A stretch of DNA of 64,000 nucleotides from assembly GCA_035221665.1 (NCBI GenBank), contig CM069163.1, positions 17,484,001-17,548,000 of the forward strand, in the 5' to 3' direction. Origin of the DNA: Okamejei kenojei. Lineage: Eukaryota. Of this stretch, positions 24,881-38,129 are shown piece after piece. Position numbers and translations under genes: made by a program. The notes below the pieces were generated by a model, which worked only from the letters and a program-made list of their open reading frames with translations, searched no databases and was not told the DNA's origin. Every line of letters begins with the position of its first letter. Positions within the stretch are counted from its first letter, which is position 1.

Positions 24881-27599
24881 AACTAATCTATGAACTGGCC
24901 TGATTGCACTTGGGACTTAGAGCTTTTGTTTTGCAATAATATTTTAATTTATTTGTTGAACTTTGTTTTGCTTATTGCGTTTTCAATGGTTGAGTTTAAG
25001 TAAAGTTTGGGCTCAGAGTTTGTTTGGAGGAGGGTGAAGTGTTCCATGACAGGGAATCTTAACTTCAACAGTAAAAAAGTTGCAGGAAATCTCATCAAGA
25101 AAATTATAATTCAAATGTCTTAATATGAACAGGTAGAACATGCAGAGTGGAGAGGCTTTGTATTTGCCCCTTTGGAAGGACAGCAGAAGGAAGTTTACCG
25201 AACGTCTGATGAATGTGGCATAAATAGACCAGAAATGACAAGAAAATTATGACTTTTAAAATACAATTGTACAGATATATGAATAGGATGTGTATAGAAG
25301 GATATGAGCCACTTGCTGGAAATGGGACTAGCTCAATTTGCCAACTTGGTCGACATGGACATGGTCAGCCGAAGGACCAGATTCCGTACTATGCTGCCGT
25401 AGAACTATAGATGAAGTGAGAATTAATGTCTTCCCCTGATTTGAGAGTTCTGTAGATTGGAATAGTTTAAGTATTGCTGGGTCACTGGAACTAATGCAAT
25501 AGACCAAAGCCTTGGTTTCGACTCAGTCCAAACTGTGAACAAGAGAGAGCTTTGTGCTTGATGTTTTCGATCTGTTGGCACCACCTAGCTTTTCCTTATT
25601 TCTTCTCTTAATTCCAAGAATTAAGCTGTTAGGAGGAGGGTGTGGGGAGGTTTTATTCCCTCCCTTGCAATGGAAAGAATGGCAGAGGAAGAGAGGAGAG
25701 GCTTTTGTGAGTTTGGCAGCAAGGGAAGCATGAAGGGTTTGAATGAACTCTTGTGCACAGTCAGTGATTGTTAGTACTGTCACTTTTTAGCTGTCAACTG
25801 TGAGGGAATGTAGTGATCTGATGCCAATGTAAAAGACATTTGCTTAGAAGGACAGGATCACTGTTTAGTCCACAGTGAATCCTGGCCAAACAAAAAGTTT
25901 ACAGTTAGTTTCCAAACTCAAGCCAGCGTGGTACAAAGCACAGAGGCACTGTGCTGTAATGTCTGATGTATTGTTTGCAGGCTCTTTATTATGAAGAAAA
26001 CCTAATTACATTTTTTTTTAATGAAACTGGAGAATCTATTTCAAGGTTACACTAAGATGTCCTAAATCAATCAAGGCATTCAATGCAGCAGGAGCTACTC
26101 CAAGGTAACATTCAAAGAATGGACATCACAACCTCAATACACCCATAATGGGTAAAGAAAGGCAAAATATTGAAAGCAACCAGTATATCAATGCTTTCAA
26201 GTACGAGTTTACATTTATTGTCACTGTACCAATTGGTACAGCGAGATTTGGGTTGCCATACAAATAAAAAGAACACAACACACAATAGAATTTAACATGA
26301 ACATCCCCACACAGCGGAATCAATGTTCCCCACTGTGAGGGGAGGCAATAAAAGTTCAGTCATCTGCTTCTATGTTCACCCGTGGTCGGGGCCTTATCAT
26401 GTGCTAATGATTTACTAAGGGAAGGGCATAGTGTATATGGGCATTGGCTGAAGAGACGATAGAGCTTTGATGCCAGTCAAATTTTCCATCAATAGGCAAC
26501 ATTTCAGAGCGAATGTGCAGGCACAACATCTAACAGCCTCCTGTGTTATATAACAACCCATCCATTGCTCAGATAATGGTGCCTCGCTGCACAAAATATG
26601 AGTAGAAGCAGTGACCAAGATTATGGTCAGGCTTGAGCTTTAAGCAGCATCTTCAAGCATAACAGGGGAGGTTTTATCAAGGGAATGGCGAGTCAAGGAA
26701 CTCGAACGGCTGAAGTAACGCTGCCAATGGTGGAGTGAAACGGGCAACTTTCCTGTTTAAAAAAATAACAGCTGCTTGGCTGAATCAGTGAAGGGCGCTC
26801 AGTTTTTGAGGCGAGCAATCCTAACCAGAACTGGAATCTTGGAAGAATGAAGAACCAAACGGGGAGTTAAAAAGAAGCAAGATTTCAGCTGTAGTTTCAG
26901 TGTTTGTGTTGACTGAAATAGAGGTGGGAAGATGATTAGTAACTTCTGTAAATATTGATCTTGGCTTCCTGCTTTGGTAATGGATCCAAGTCAATTTGGC
27001 ATCTCCTCATCTTCTCTTAGTAAACTTTATGAGCTATACTATGTGGGTCTAATGAAGTGAACAGACTTGAACAGGACCTTTGTGCTTTCCCCTCTCTCAA
27101 TCTTGTTGAATTTTGCCTCCTACATGTGAACACTGAATGCAGGTAACATTTAGGATCAAGTCTGAGGGTTGCTGAGAAAGAGAGGAAGCATTGCCAACCA
27201 TGTAGGTTCATTAAAAAGCCCCACACTTTCAAACGACTTATATGGAGAAACATTTGTCACCATGTATGTTTCAAGCAGCAGGAGAAGATTTGCTTTGGGT
27301 CCTCTATGCAATGTCATTACATTTCTGCATAGATACAGTCCTCTGATACGGTTCTGATTGTTTGAGACAAGTGATACAGAAGTAAAAGTTGTGAATTTAA
27401 AATAGATATTACGAGATAACAAGTAGAATGGGCATTACAACCTCTGCCCATTTGACTCGTAGAAACATACCGAAACTCATACTGCTTATTAAAATGATTT
27501 TGGTGCCTAATCAGTCAACCATACTAATGTCTTCCTTATCATGTCATTGAGGAGCTCAATTCTGTGAGTGTTTAGCACTGGTTCAGATTATCCTGAAAA

Positions 27600-28696
27600 G
27601 GTGATGGACTTCTGACCGACACCCACCGACTCCCATAGCTATCTGGACTACACTTCTTCCCACCCTGCTTCCTGTAAAGACTCCATCCCCAACTCCCAAT
27701 TCCTCCGTCTACGCCGCATCTGCTGCCAGGATGAGGTGTTCCACACCAGGGCATTGGAGATGTCCTCATTCTTCAGGGAACGGAGGTTCTCCTCTTCTAC
27801 TATAGATGAGGCTCTCACCAGGGTTTCTTCGATATCCCGTCACACTGCTCTCTCTCCCCATCCCCCCACTCGTATCAAGGCCAGAGTCCCCCTAGTCCTC
27901 ACCTTCCACCCTACCAGCCGTCACATACAACAAATAATCCTCCGTCATTTTCACCACCTCCAACGTGACCCCACCACTTGCCACATCTTCCCATCTCCTC
28001 TCCTGTCTGCTTTCCGCAGTGACCGCTCCCTCCGTAACTCCCTGGTCCATTTGTCCCTTCACGCCCGAACCACCCCCTCCCCGGGCACTTTCCATTGCAA
28101 CCGCAAGAAATGCTGCACTTGTCGCTTTACCTCCCCCCTTGACTCCATTCAAGGACCCAAGCAGTCTTTCCAGGTGCAGCAGAGGTTCACCTGCACCTCC
28201 TCCAACCTCATCTATTGCATCCGCTGCTCTAGATGTCAGTTGATCTACATCGGTGAGGCCAAGCGTAGGCTTGGCGATCGCTTCGCCGAACACCTCTGCT
28301 CGGTTCGCAATAACCAACATGATCTCCTGGTGGGTCAGCACTTCAACTCCCCCTCCCATTCTGAATCCGACCTTTCTGTCTGGGCCTCCTCCATGGTCAG
28401 AGTGAGGACCACTGGAAATTGGAGGAACAGCACCTCATATTTCGCTTGGGCAGTCTGTACCCCAGCAGTATGAACATTGACTTCTCTAATTTCAGGTAGT
28501 CTTTACTGATTCCTCCTCTTCTCAGCTCTCCCTCTAGCCCTCGGGTTCCTCCTCTTCCTTTATTCTTCCCGCCCCCCCCCCCCTCCCCTACCCTCACATC
28601 AGTCTGAAGAAGGGTTTTGGCCCAAAACATTGCCTATTTCCTTCGCTCCATAGATGCTGCCTCACCCGCTTAGTTTCTCCAGCATTTTTGTCTACC
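27600..28696 (+). mobile_element. 5'-truncated Penelope-like retroelement (Neptune-type): RT C-terminus, Cys linker, GIY-YIG endonuclease, 3' tail
   Basis: PTDSHSYLDYTSSHP...SQFLRLRRIC, CNRKKCCTC linker, NLIYCIRCSRCQLIYIGEAKRRLGDRFAEH. A frameshift near 28380 shifts to LEEQHLIFRLGSL...MNIDFSNFR* (TAG 28497-28499). The tail at 28601-28696 is shared with the short elements. Confidence 0.9.
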
Positions 28697-28944
28697 ATCT
28701 TGAATGGGAGATGCATTGTGTTGGAAGCTGCATTATTAGTACACACATTATTTGAGCTATACACTGGAAAACCCAGTAAAGCCCTGGAGAGGAAGATGGT
28801 TAGCATCTATTCTCCAGAAGTTTTCCAAATATACGCTGAAAAGGCAATTGGAAGATAGATATGTGGTTACTTGTTAAAGGGCTGCAAGAATTTCAATGAC
28901 GTCACTTTCGTATCTTCAAATGGTCCATTACATCAAATTATCAT

Positions 28945-29040
28945 CAGACTGAAGAAGGATCTCGACCCAAAACGCCACCCATTCCTTCTCTCCAGAGATG
29001 CTGCCTGTCCCGCTGAGTTACTCCAGCTTTTTGTGTCTAA
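28945..29040 (+). mobile_element. Short PLE-derived element
   Basis: CTGAAGAAGGATCTCGACCCAAAAC at 28949 followed by the standard tail. Confidence 0.7.
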
Positions 29041-29982
29041 TTAATGAACATTGATTGATATGTTTGTGCGTGTTACCGGGGTTGTCCCCAGTCAGCCTCA
29101 CAGCCCATGGACGGAGGCATTGGAGGAAAGGGCACATTATCTGTGGTAAGACAAAGACAGGACAAGCCAGAGCGAACCTGCAGAGCGGCACCAGTTATAA
29201 CCTGACCACCCTGACAATTCCTGAGCCCGTTTGGTAAACCACCTCACTTTTGCCCCTCACTTGGCCATCTTTATTAAAACGATCAGCTTCTAACATCTTT
29301 CTCTTTTGCTAAAAGGCTCCACCTCCTCTCTTTCATCAGTGCAGCTGCAAGTGGAAATTGATTTTAATTTGAGACTGCCTAAATTACAAGGGAGAGCAGA
29401 GTCCACAGAGGAACATAAAATACCATGCAATGTGAAGCTCGATCTGGTCATTGCAGACGGGACGCAGGTGCCCTGCAAAACGGTAGCTGAGTGTATGTCT
29501 GCAGAGGGAGAGGGGGTGGGAGAGCAGAGTAAGGGGGGGGGGCAGCTGTGGGAAAACGCATTTGCTTTAATTGCCTTTTAAACCAGCGGATTCTGCCGAG
29601 TGTGATTATTTTTTTAATTCCTGATGCAGGATCTCCACCTTTGTCGTAGGTTTGCTCCGACCTGTCCACACTGACCAAGATGCCCCATTTAAATGGGTCC
29701 CATTTGCCTGCATTTGTCCCATATCCATCTAAACCTTTCCTGTCCATGTATCGTCCAAAGCCCTGCTAACAATTTGTTTCTGGTTGCTGCATTTATCTTC
29801 AGTCTCAGTAGATGGTTAGATTGGATTAGCCCCGGGGAGTATGAAGAAAAATACTAGTATGTTCAATGGTATGTGTTTCATTCACATGGTGAATGTATCC
29901 ATATAGACCAGGAAGGATCCTTGGTTTCTTTCCTTGGTCGAGGCTGAATAATTTCTGCCCCCAGGCAAGGACCAGTATTGAG

Positions 29983-30160
29983 TTTTTAAGAAGGAACTGC
30001 AGATGCTGGAAAATCAAAGGTAGACAAAAGTGCTGGAGAAACTCAGCGGGCGCAGCAGCATCTAAGGAGTGAAGAAGCTAGGTAACAAAAACGTTGCCTA
30101 TTTCCTTCTCTCCTTAGATGCTGCTGCACCCACTGAGTTTCTCCAGCACTTTTGTCTACC
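29983..30160. mobile_element. Short fold-back PLE-derived element (core deleted)
   Basis: Inverted arms. Flanking CAGTATTGAG (29973-29982/30166-30175). Confidence 0.75.
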
Positions 30161-32126
30161 TAGGGCAGTATTGAGCTTGGCTGTGATTACTGAACTTCTG
30201 GTCACTGCTTAGAATAGAACTGAATAGAGGCCACTTAAGTTACGTGTGAGAAAGTTGGTCAACCTGTTGGAGAAAATAAATAAACAACGTTCCTGTTTAA
30301 ACATTGGTAGTCCCAATGCATGATACTGATTTCAAGTGTCAAAAGATGCCAGGTCCTGCCTAACAATTCAAGCTTGTCACGGGTCCAAGTGGATTATTTC
30401 GTTCTCCTTTATGTCTAGATACCTCCCACTGAGGCCCATTCACATGTGTACAATCTCCCAGCTGGTGAGATGGGTTGGCCGTGCCAGAGTTAATGTGTTT
30501 CCAAAATCAGTATTGGAGAGACCTGAATGAGGGAGGGGGGGAGTTTTCCTCTGTGTTTGCTACTCTCTTACTAAGTTCCTGGACCTGAGTTCCTGGACCT
30601 CCTGACTCCCCCAATGGTGACAGACACTGTGAATGAGGCTGGGTGGTCTCTGATACCTGCTCGCCTTTCATGTCTTGGCCTGAACTGTGTTGCGTTAGAT
30701 GGGGCAGTTCTGTGAAATGTGGCCAGTGGAAAATCAAACTGGAATTAAGATGTGTGGGGAGGACAGAGGGAGAGGGAGGAAGGAGGGAGGCAGAAAACAT
30801 TGTGAAGGAGGCTGAGTGATCTCTGATGCCATCTGGTGGACAGCAAGAAGGGGGCAGATTGAAATGTCACTCTCCCAGCACACTCAGCAGCATTAGGTAG
30901 GGGTTAACAAACAGATAAAAATCGCATGTGAGCATAATATCTACTTCAACTATGCCGTCGAACCACTTCTACCGCTCTATAACATGGCAGCTGGCACAAA
31001 GGAGCAGGTGAGTGGGCATCAATATCAGGTCAGGCACAATGATTGAACCTCCAAAAAAACAACAAATGACAGGATCACCACTGCATCAATTCGAGACAGG
31101 CCATCCAATTTCACTCACAGAGACATCGATTTCCCGATTTATTGGGCCAGGAACCAAATTTTTCCCAACGAAAACTGCATTTTCACCAATCCCTGCAGAT
31201 GTAGTCACAAATCCATGCAGAGCAGGTGCTAATTTAACAACAAAAAATAACATGCAGTGCAATAGTGTCACTATTTCCCTGATCAGGTGTGTCAATAGTG
31301 AGAAATGAATTAGCCCTGTGGGCTAATTAGTATTATAAACACAATCAGAAAGCGGCAAGGAAACAGATTGTCTCAGTAAATGAGGCTCGTAGAACACAGA
31401 TGTGCAGACTCCATCTCCTCGTCTGGAAGTACTTGTTGATGCAGTGGATTAGGCACAGGCCCACAAGCCTGAATCCAGCCTAGAGAAAAGGATGTGACTC
31501 CTGTATGTGTAGAGTGGGGATCATTGGCTGTTCCCAGCCCTTGTTGCAATAACTGACAACACAACTTAGAGCACAGGAAGGCTGTTGTGTGGAATCAACA
31601 GCCTTGATCTAAATCTCACCGAGCCTGTGGCGTTCTTGTTTATTTTAGTCAAAATTAGTTGTGCACAATTTGTTCAACAGTCTGCTGGTGCAGTCTTTTC
31701 AAATTCACACCCTCCACTGATGCTTAAATTTAAAGTCATAGAAATGTAGAAACAACAGCATAGAAACAGGTCCCTTCAGCCCATCATGTCCCTGCCAACC
31801 ACTCACCTGCACTGATCCCATTTACCAGCACATGGTTTGTGGCCTTCTGTGGGCGGGTGATTCAAGTGCTTGTCTATGTAGATTTTAAATGTTGTGGGAG
31901 TTCCCATCTTCCACGTCCCTTCAGATGTTTTGTTCTGGATTCCATCTATCGTCTGAGTGAGAGAGTTCTTCCCCAATTCCCCCTCCCCCCCCCCAAACCT
32001 GTTACCCCTTACTCTAAACCTATGAATTTCAGTTTTAGGCATTTCAGCTGTGAGGAAAGGTTTCCTCCCTATGCTGTCAGAAATTTGTATACAAAAATTT
32101 GAGTGTCACATTGAAAAAAAACAAGT

Positions 32127-32422
32127 TACATAGAAACATAGAAACATAGAAAATAGATGCAGGAGGAGGCCATTCGGCCCTTCGAGACTGCACCACCATT
32201 CATTGTGATCATGGCTGATCGTCCCCTATCAATAACCCGTGCCTGCCTTCTCCCCATATCCCTTGACTCCACTAGCCCCTAGAGCTCTATCTAACTCTCT
32301 CTTAAATTCATCCATTGACTTGGCCTCCACTGCCCTCTGTGGCAGGGAATTCCATAAATTCACAACGCTCTGGGTGAAAAAGTTTTTTCTCACCTCAGTC
32401 TTAAATTACCTCCCCTTTATTC
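32127..32422 (-). mobile_element. Young CR1 3' end with (ACATAGAA)n tail
   Basis: Octamer tail acatagaaacatagaaacatagaa. Body closely matches 35495-35773. Confidence 0.85.
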
Positions 32423-33804
32423 CACGTTGGAACAACTGGTTCCATTTCAGGGTGGAGGGATGTAACTGGTGGAGTACACCAGAGATCTATTCTTGGCCCT
32501 CAATTGTTTACTATTTACATTAAAGACTGGTGGACAGAATAAAATGTAAGGTTTCAAAGTTTGTATATGATATGAAAATAGTGGTAGGGCATGTTGTGAT
32601 GAAGATATTACGATTCTGCGATGGGATCCAGACAGATTGAGTGATTAGACAAAAATCTGGTCAATAGAGTTTAATATAGGGAAGGGTGAGGCGATTGGTT
32701 TGAAAGGAACCAATATATTTAGGGTAAGGGCCTGTTGTGGGCAAATGGAACTGGTACAGATGTGCAATAAGGCCATCATTCATGTGGTTGCATTTTCTGC
32801 GCTGTTCAGTGCTGACTCTCTGAATCTTCCCTGAGTCACACACCATCTGCTGTGGAGGAACTAAGTGGAGAAAAGAGAAATCCTTTCATTTGTGAGCACA
32901 AATCTGAGATAAGTGGGAATCAAAAGTAAAAGCGAGGGCCTTGTGAAAACAATTTGCATTAAAAATTAGAAAAGGATGCACTTTCCATCTGTGGTGTGAC
33001 TTCTCCATTAGTTCATCTGCCTTTTTGTACTCGTGTTAATTTATCGTACCAGAAACCTAAGACAGCATCGGTTTTAGAGACACTAGTCACTGCAAAGCTG
33101 GAATCCTGAGCAAAAAAATAAAAGTGCTGGAGGAAATCAGTGGGCCAGGCAGCATCGGTGGAGGAAAATAAACAGTGTTCTCTTCTTCAGAGCTAATGCA
33201 TTGACTCTCCATTTCCTCCACAGATGCTGCCAGGCTTGCTTTGTTAGTGCACAGCATTCGGTTTTGGTTTAGTGCTCCTAAATTGAACATGGCGCCTTGA
33301 ATAGAGCTCCAAATGCCATTAAAATTGCACAGAGAATACGATAATAAGTCAGGACTGCAGGGAGGGTGAATGCATCGGGATTGGAACCCATGACATGGTC
33401 CTTTCTCCTAGTCTGCACATAGCTAGTGTTTAAATTCAATTATTTAAATCCTTTTCAACACAGAACCGTCTGCTCATCTATTTTCTAATGCATTTCTGTC
33501 AAAGGAGGACCTCATCCAATTGAACAGAGGGAATTTATTTTCTGGCTTTGGCTTCATCAGGCTTTACGGTTTTGTGGAGAGAGAATTTGCTGAACAAACT
33601 GAATAGAAAAAAGGAGAGAATGTTATTTTGCTAACCTTGACATATTTTGCTGGTGCATTGTTTGCACATCCGTGGTGCGAAGAAGCATTAACCCACTTCA
33701 CGACTTCCACCTGCCCATACATCTGTCCTGTATCAACCTCAGCTGTGGGCAGCATTCTGACCTCTGAGACAGATAATTGTGGGTTTATAATCTTGTGCCA
33801 GTTA

Positions 33805-34090
33805 TTTGGGACAGTTTCTTCCCAGCTGTATCAGGCAACTGAATCATCCTACCACAACCAGAGAGCATTCCTGAACTGCTATCAACCTCATTGGTTACCC
33901 TCGGACTATTCTTCTTTGGACTTTGCTGCCTTTACTTTGCTCTAAACATCATTCCCTTGTCATTCAGAGCTGATGCATTGACTCTCCATTTCCATTACAA
34001 AGGCTCGATTATAATCATGTATTGTCTTTCTGCTGACTGGATAGCACGCAACAAAAGCTTTTCACTGTACCTTGGTACAGGTGACAATAA
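33805..34090 (+). mobile_element. LINE 3' end fragment (Rex1/L2-like)
   Basis: DSFFPA...RQLN-like ORF end and a 3'UTR ending ttttcactgtacc...gtgacaataa. Confidence 0.5.
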
Positions 34091-35494
34091 GCTTGGGTGC
34101 ATGTTCTATTCTTGCACAAGTTGATGGTGCAGTCGTCTGGGTGGGTCCAGAGGTGGATTAAAATTTAAGTGACTGCTTTTCTCAGGGATTATTACACATA
34201 CTTGTGATTTATAATTATTGGTCAGTAGTCTATCCCGCTCCCTTGCTCACCTCTTAGATGCATTCCAGTCCTTCTTGTCTGCAGGTTAAAAAACTCCCAG
34301 ATAATATCAAGGGATTTTCCCAATGTCCCAGAAAAACCTTTCCACCATTAATATCACTAAAGCATATTATCTACACAGAGCAAGCTCTGGCAATCACTAT
34401 CAAATATGCTTTTGTGATATGAGAGGTGGAAAGGTCCTGGCCAGATCTTCTTTAGTGTTATGGGATCTTTTAGCTCCAGTCGGGGTAGGCTGGGTTGTGG
34501 GGAAAGGGTAAGGGGATGAGTGTAGTAGCAGTGGCATGGTCTACTGCCTAGTAATCATCAAGCACAAGTGATTTAACAGTACATTGTGGAGTTACTAGTA
34601 ATGGATTTAAAGGGGCAATGGGCAAAGTTAAACTGGTACTGCACAGAGAGTAGGGGGAATTGATTATGGAGGCATGGCACATTCTTCCCACACTACTATT
34701 GATCGTGGGACTACAATAATGAACAAGGAAGGCCGCATAAGTTTAACTGTCTACTCTCAGTCCAGCACAATATTTGAACAAAGACACAGAGGGTGGTGCA
34801 AGAGAAATTATGAATATTCAGGGACAATTGAATGGATCTTCATCAAAAACATTAATTAACACTTAATCTCTTAACACCGGTTCCTCAATCTCTAGACACA
34901 TAACTTTATTGGTTGAGGAGACAGGAGGTCTAACCCAACCACTGCCATTCACCATGAAATTCGGTGATATTTTTTGATGGAAAATTCATTGAGATCAACT
35001 TCCCTGTGATTCTTAGGAAAGGATTTGTTTGTACAACAGAACAATGAAGCAATCACAGGACTGCACTTCACAACTGAATCGTAGAACTAGTCAGAGGACA
35101 GAGTATCCGCGACTGGACACTGATGTATGGGTTTATCCCACTGAGGGACTGTTCAGTTTCAAACCGTGAAATGGTAAATGTCTTTCCAATCAATTCAATA
35201 TGTTGAACAACGAGCACCATCCGCTGGCATGTCAATGATGGATCACTTTGCATTCCAAATCCACACACAATCAGCTACCCTGTGAAATGCTTAGCTAGTT
35301 AATGAGTGACTAACACATCCCCACGGACCAGAAGCAGAGTCGGTCTGATCTTGAAGTCGGCATTGAGGAAGTTAGAGTTGTAAAGTCATAAAGAGGTACA
35401 GCATGGAAACAGGACCTTAGGCTCACTGAGTCTGCACCTACCATCAACTACTGACTTATATAAATCCTACGATAACCCTTTTTTTTTAAATCAC

Positions 35495-35773
35495 ATTCTT
35501 AAGACCGAGATGAGAAAGACTTTTTTCACACAGAGAGTGGTGAGTCTCTGGAACTCTCTGCCACAGAGGGTAGTTGAGGCCAGTTCATTGGCTATATTTA
35601 AGAGTGAGTTGAATGTGGCCCTTGTGGCTAAGGGGATCAGAGGGTATGGAGAGAAGGCAGGTACGGGATACTGAGTTGGATGATCAGCCATGATCATATT
35701 GAATGGCGGTGCAGGCTCGAAGGGCTGAATGGCCTACTCCTGCACCTAATTTCTATGTTTCTATGTTTCTATG
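35495..35773 (+). mobile_element. Young CR1 3' end
   Basis: Ends in (TTTCTATG)x3. Confidence 0.85.
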
Positions 35774-35990
35774 TAACAATCCCTAATAGATCGTATCCCT
35801 CGCTCGCACACTAGGGACATTTACACTAGCCAGTCAACCAGCTAATGTCCCCATCTTTGGAATGTGGGAGGAAACTGGAGTAGGCAGAGGAAACCCACAG
35901 AGTCACTGGCAGAACTTTCAAACTCTGCACAGAGGTTGAGAATGAAGCTGGGTCACTGATGCTGTGGCTCCATTAACATTGGCTCCATTA

Positions 35991-36355
35991 TAGAAACTTA
36001 CAAAATTCTTAAGTGGTTGGACAGGCTAGATGCAGGAAGATTGTTCCCGATGTTGGGGAAGTCCAGAACAAGGGGTCACAGTTTAAGGATAAGGAGGAAG
36101 TCTTTTAGGACCGAGATGAGAAAAATATTTTTGTGGTAAATCTGTGGAATTCTCTGCCACAGAAGGTAGTTGAGGCCAGTTAATTGGATATATTTAAGAG
36201 GGAGTTAGATGTGGCCCTTGTGGCTAAAGGGATCAGGGGGTATGGAGAGAAGGCAGGTACAGGATACTGAATTGGATGATCAGCCATGATCATATTGAAT
36301 GGCTGTGCAGGCTCGAAGGGCCGAATGGCCTGCTCCTGCACCTATTTTCTATGTT
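35991..36355 (+). mobile_element. Young CR1 3' end
   Basis: ETYKILKWLDRLDAGRLFPMLGKSRTRGHSLRI and a ttctatg tail. Confidence 0.85.
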
Positions 36356-38129
36356 TTGAACTGCACCACTATGCTGCCTCAAATTAGGTTCAATAGTAAT
36401 TGGGGCCAGCAATTCTGAGTATGGTTATGGACCTTCTTTAATCATTTTAGATCATCTCCAGGAAAGAAGGATTAATGTCTTGGCCTTTGCTGCCAGTAGC
36501 CCAAAAGAACAATTATTGCGGCATTATTTTAAATGTGTGTTTTGTTCAGTTTCTTTTAAGAGTTCTTTGCAAGCAACGACAATTACAGGCAGTGAAAGGC
36601 AAACAAAGATCAATTGGAGTCGAGAGTTTCTGTGTTGAACAAATGGAAATGCCAAGTTTCCCTCACCTATGAAGTCCAAAGTAAAAAGGAAAGGCGTGGG
36701 CAAAAACACCTTGAGTCTGAAAAAAAGATGAGACTTGCAAGCACAAAATAATCCAAGCCTTTATCCCAATGGAGGTTCATGATGAAAAGATTAGCAGTCG
36801 GCTAAAGAAACTTCAAGAATTGTTGATCTGTTCATTTCCTCTTGTTGCAGACTTTCAGTCATTTGTAATCTCTTTATTTTTACTCAGACTGTTCTATACG
36901 TGATACGAGACAAAAGAAACTACAGACGCTGGAATCATGAGTAAAAGACAAATTGCTGGAATTCAGCAGGTCAGGCAGAGTCTGTGGAGGGAATGCATAG
37001 ATGACGTTTCAGGCTGGGACCCTTCTTCCAACTGAAATGTTGGATGTCCATGTTCCTCACAGATGCTGCCGAACGCCTCCAGCAGTTTTCCTGTTCACTC
37101 TTATGTTTGATTTTTAAACTGCTGCACCACTTCCCCAGAATGAAAAGGAGATGGTGATGAAAAGCAAACGAGTCAGAACATAGCATCTTCAAATGTTTGA
37201 GGATTTCCATGCCAATGGCTGAGGTCGCCTCCAGCAGGCCTAGATCAAACCTCATTCAATAATATTATTGACAAGTGTTTGAACCAGATATTGCATTGAA
37301 GGAGTTATAGATGTAAATTCAAAATGTCATTAAGAAAGCAAAAATAACATGACCAAGGGATTTGTGAGCTAGATAAAAGTAATTTATAGCCCAGTCTGTA
37401 TTGTGGGATTGGGTCAAGTGCTTTCTTATGCTTTGTCCCATTTTCTGATCAGCTTGCATTATGGGGAAGGGACAGAACCAAAAATATGGAAAATATCATA
37501 TCCCCATACTGAGATGCACATTGGGCAACCAACAAAAGATTTCCCCTTTCTTACAATGGGTGGTGAATATCTGGAATTCTTTACCCCATGAGGGTTGTGG
37601 AGGCTGGATCATTGGGGGTGTGTAAAGAGTAGGAGATCATTTCTGAAAGATGAGGGAATTGAGAGCTGTGAGAAATTGGCACAGAAGAGGAGATGGGATC
37701 TGGGGCAGATCAACCATGATTATATGGAATGACCGAGCAGGCTTGAGGGGCCAAGTGGCCTACCACTACATCTGTTTTCTCATGTTCGCTGTCTCTTTGC
37801 TTTTTTTGTGTAAAAGTGAAACCTAACCTCCTACCTTAAGGATGCATCATGCCATTTAAAAAATATATTTGGACACTTATTTCTGGTTGTCCGAGAACTT
37901 TTAAGATCTCAGTCAAGTTCTGTAGACCAGACAGAGTTAAGTTTCACTAAGGGAATCACTTGGGATACCTTCAAGATACAACTGTAAATGGCAAGTACAT
38001 GATTTGTAATCTCTATACAATAACACACTAGGTTATCATACTACTAAAAATATCAATGCATGTTTTGCTTCCAAGAGCAAATTGGTTCCAACTGCATCAG
38101 GTTTACGTTTTCAGAAGGTAAAGGAAAGA

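Larger units (their letters stand above)
35385..36378 (-). mobile_element. V-SINE split by two CR1 insertions
   Basis: Tail 35385-35490, V-domain 35800-35975, head 36358-36378. Confidence 0.65.

Noticed and set aside
27892-28359. 155-aa antisense ORF
   Set aside because: Shadow of the GC-rich PLE ORF on the opposite strand.
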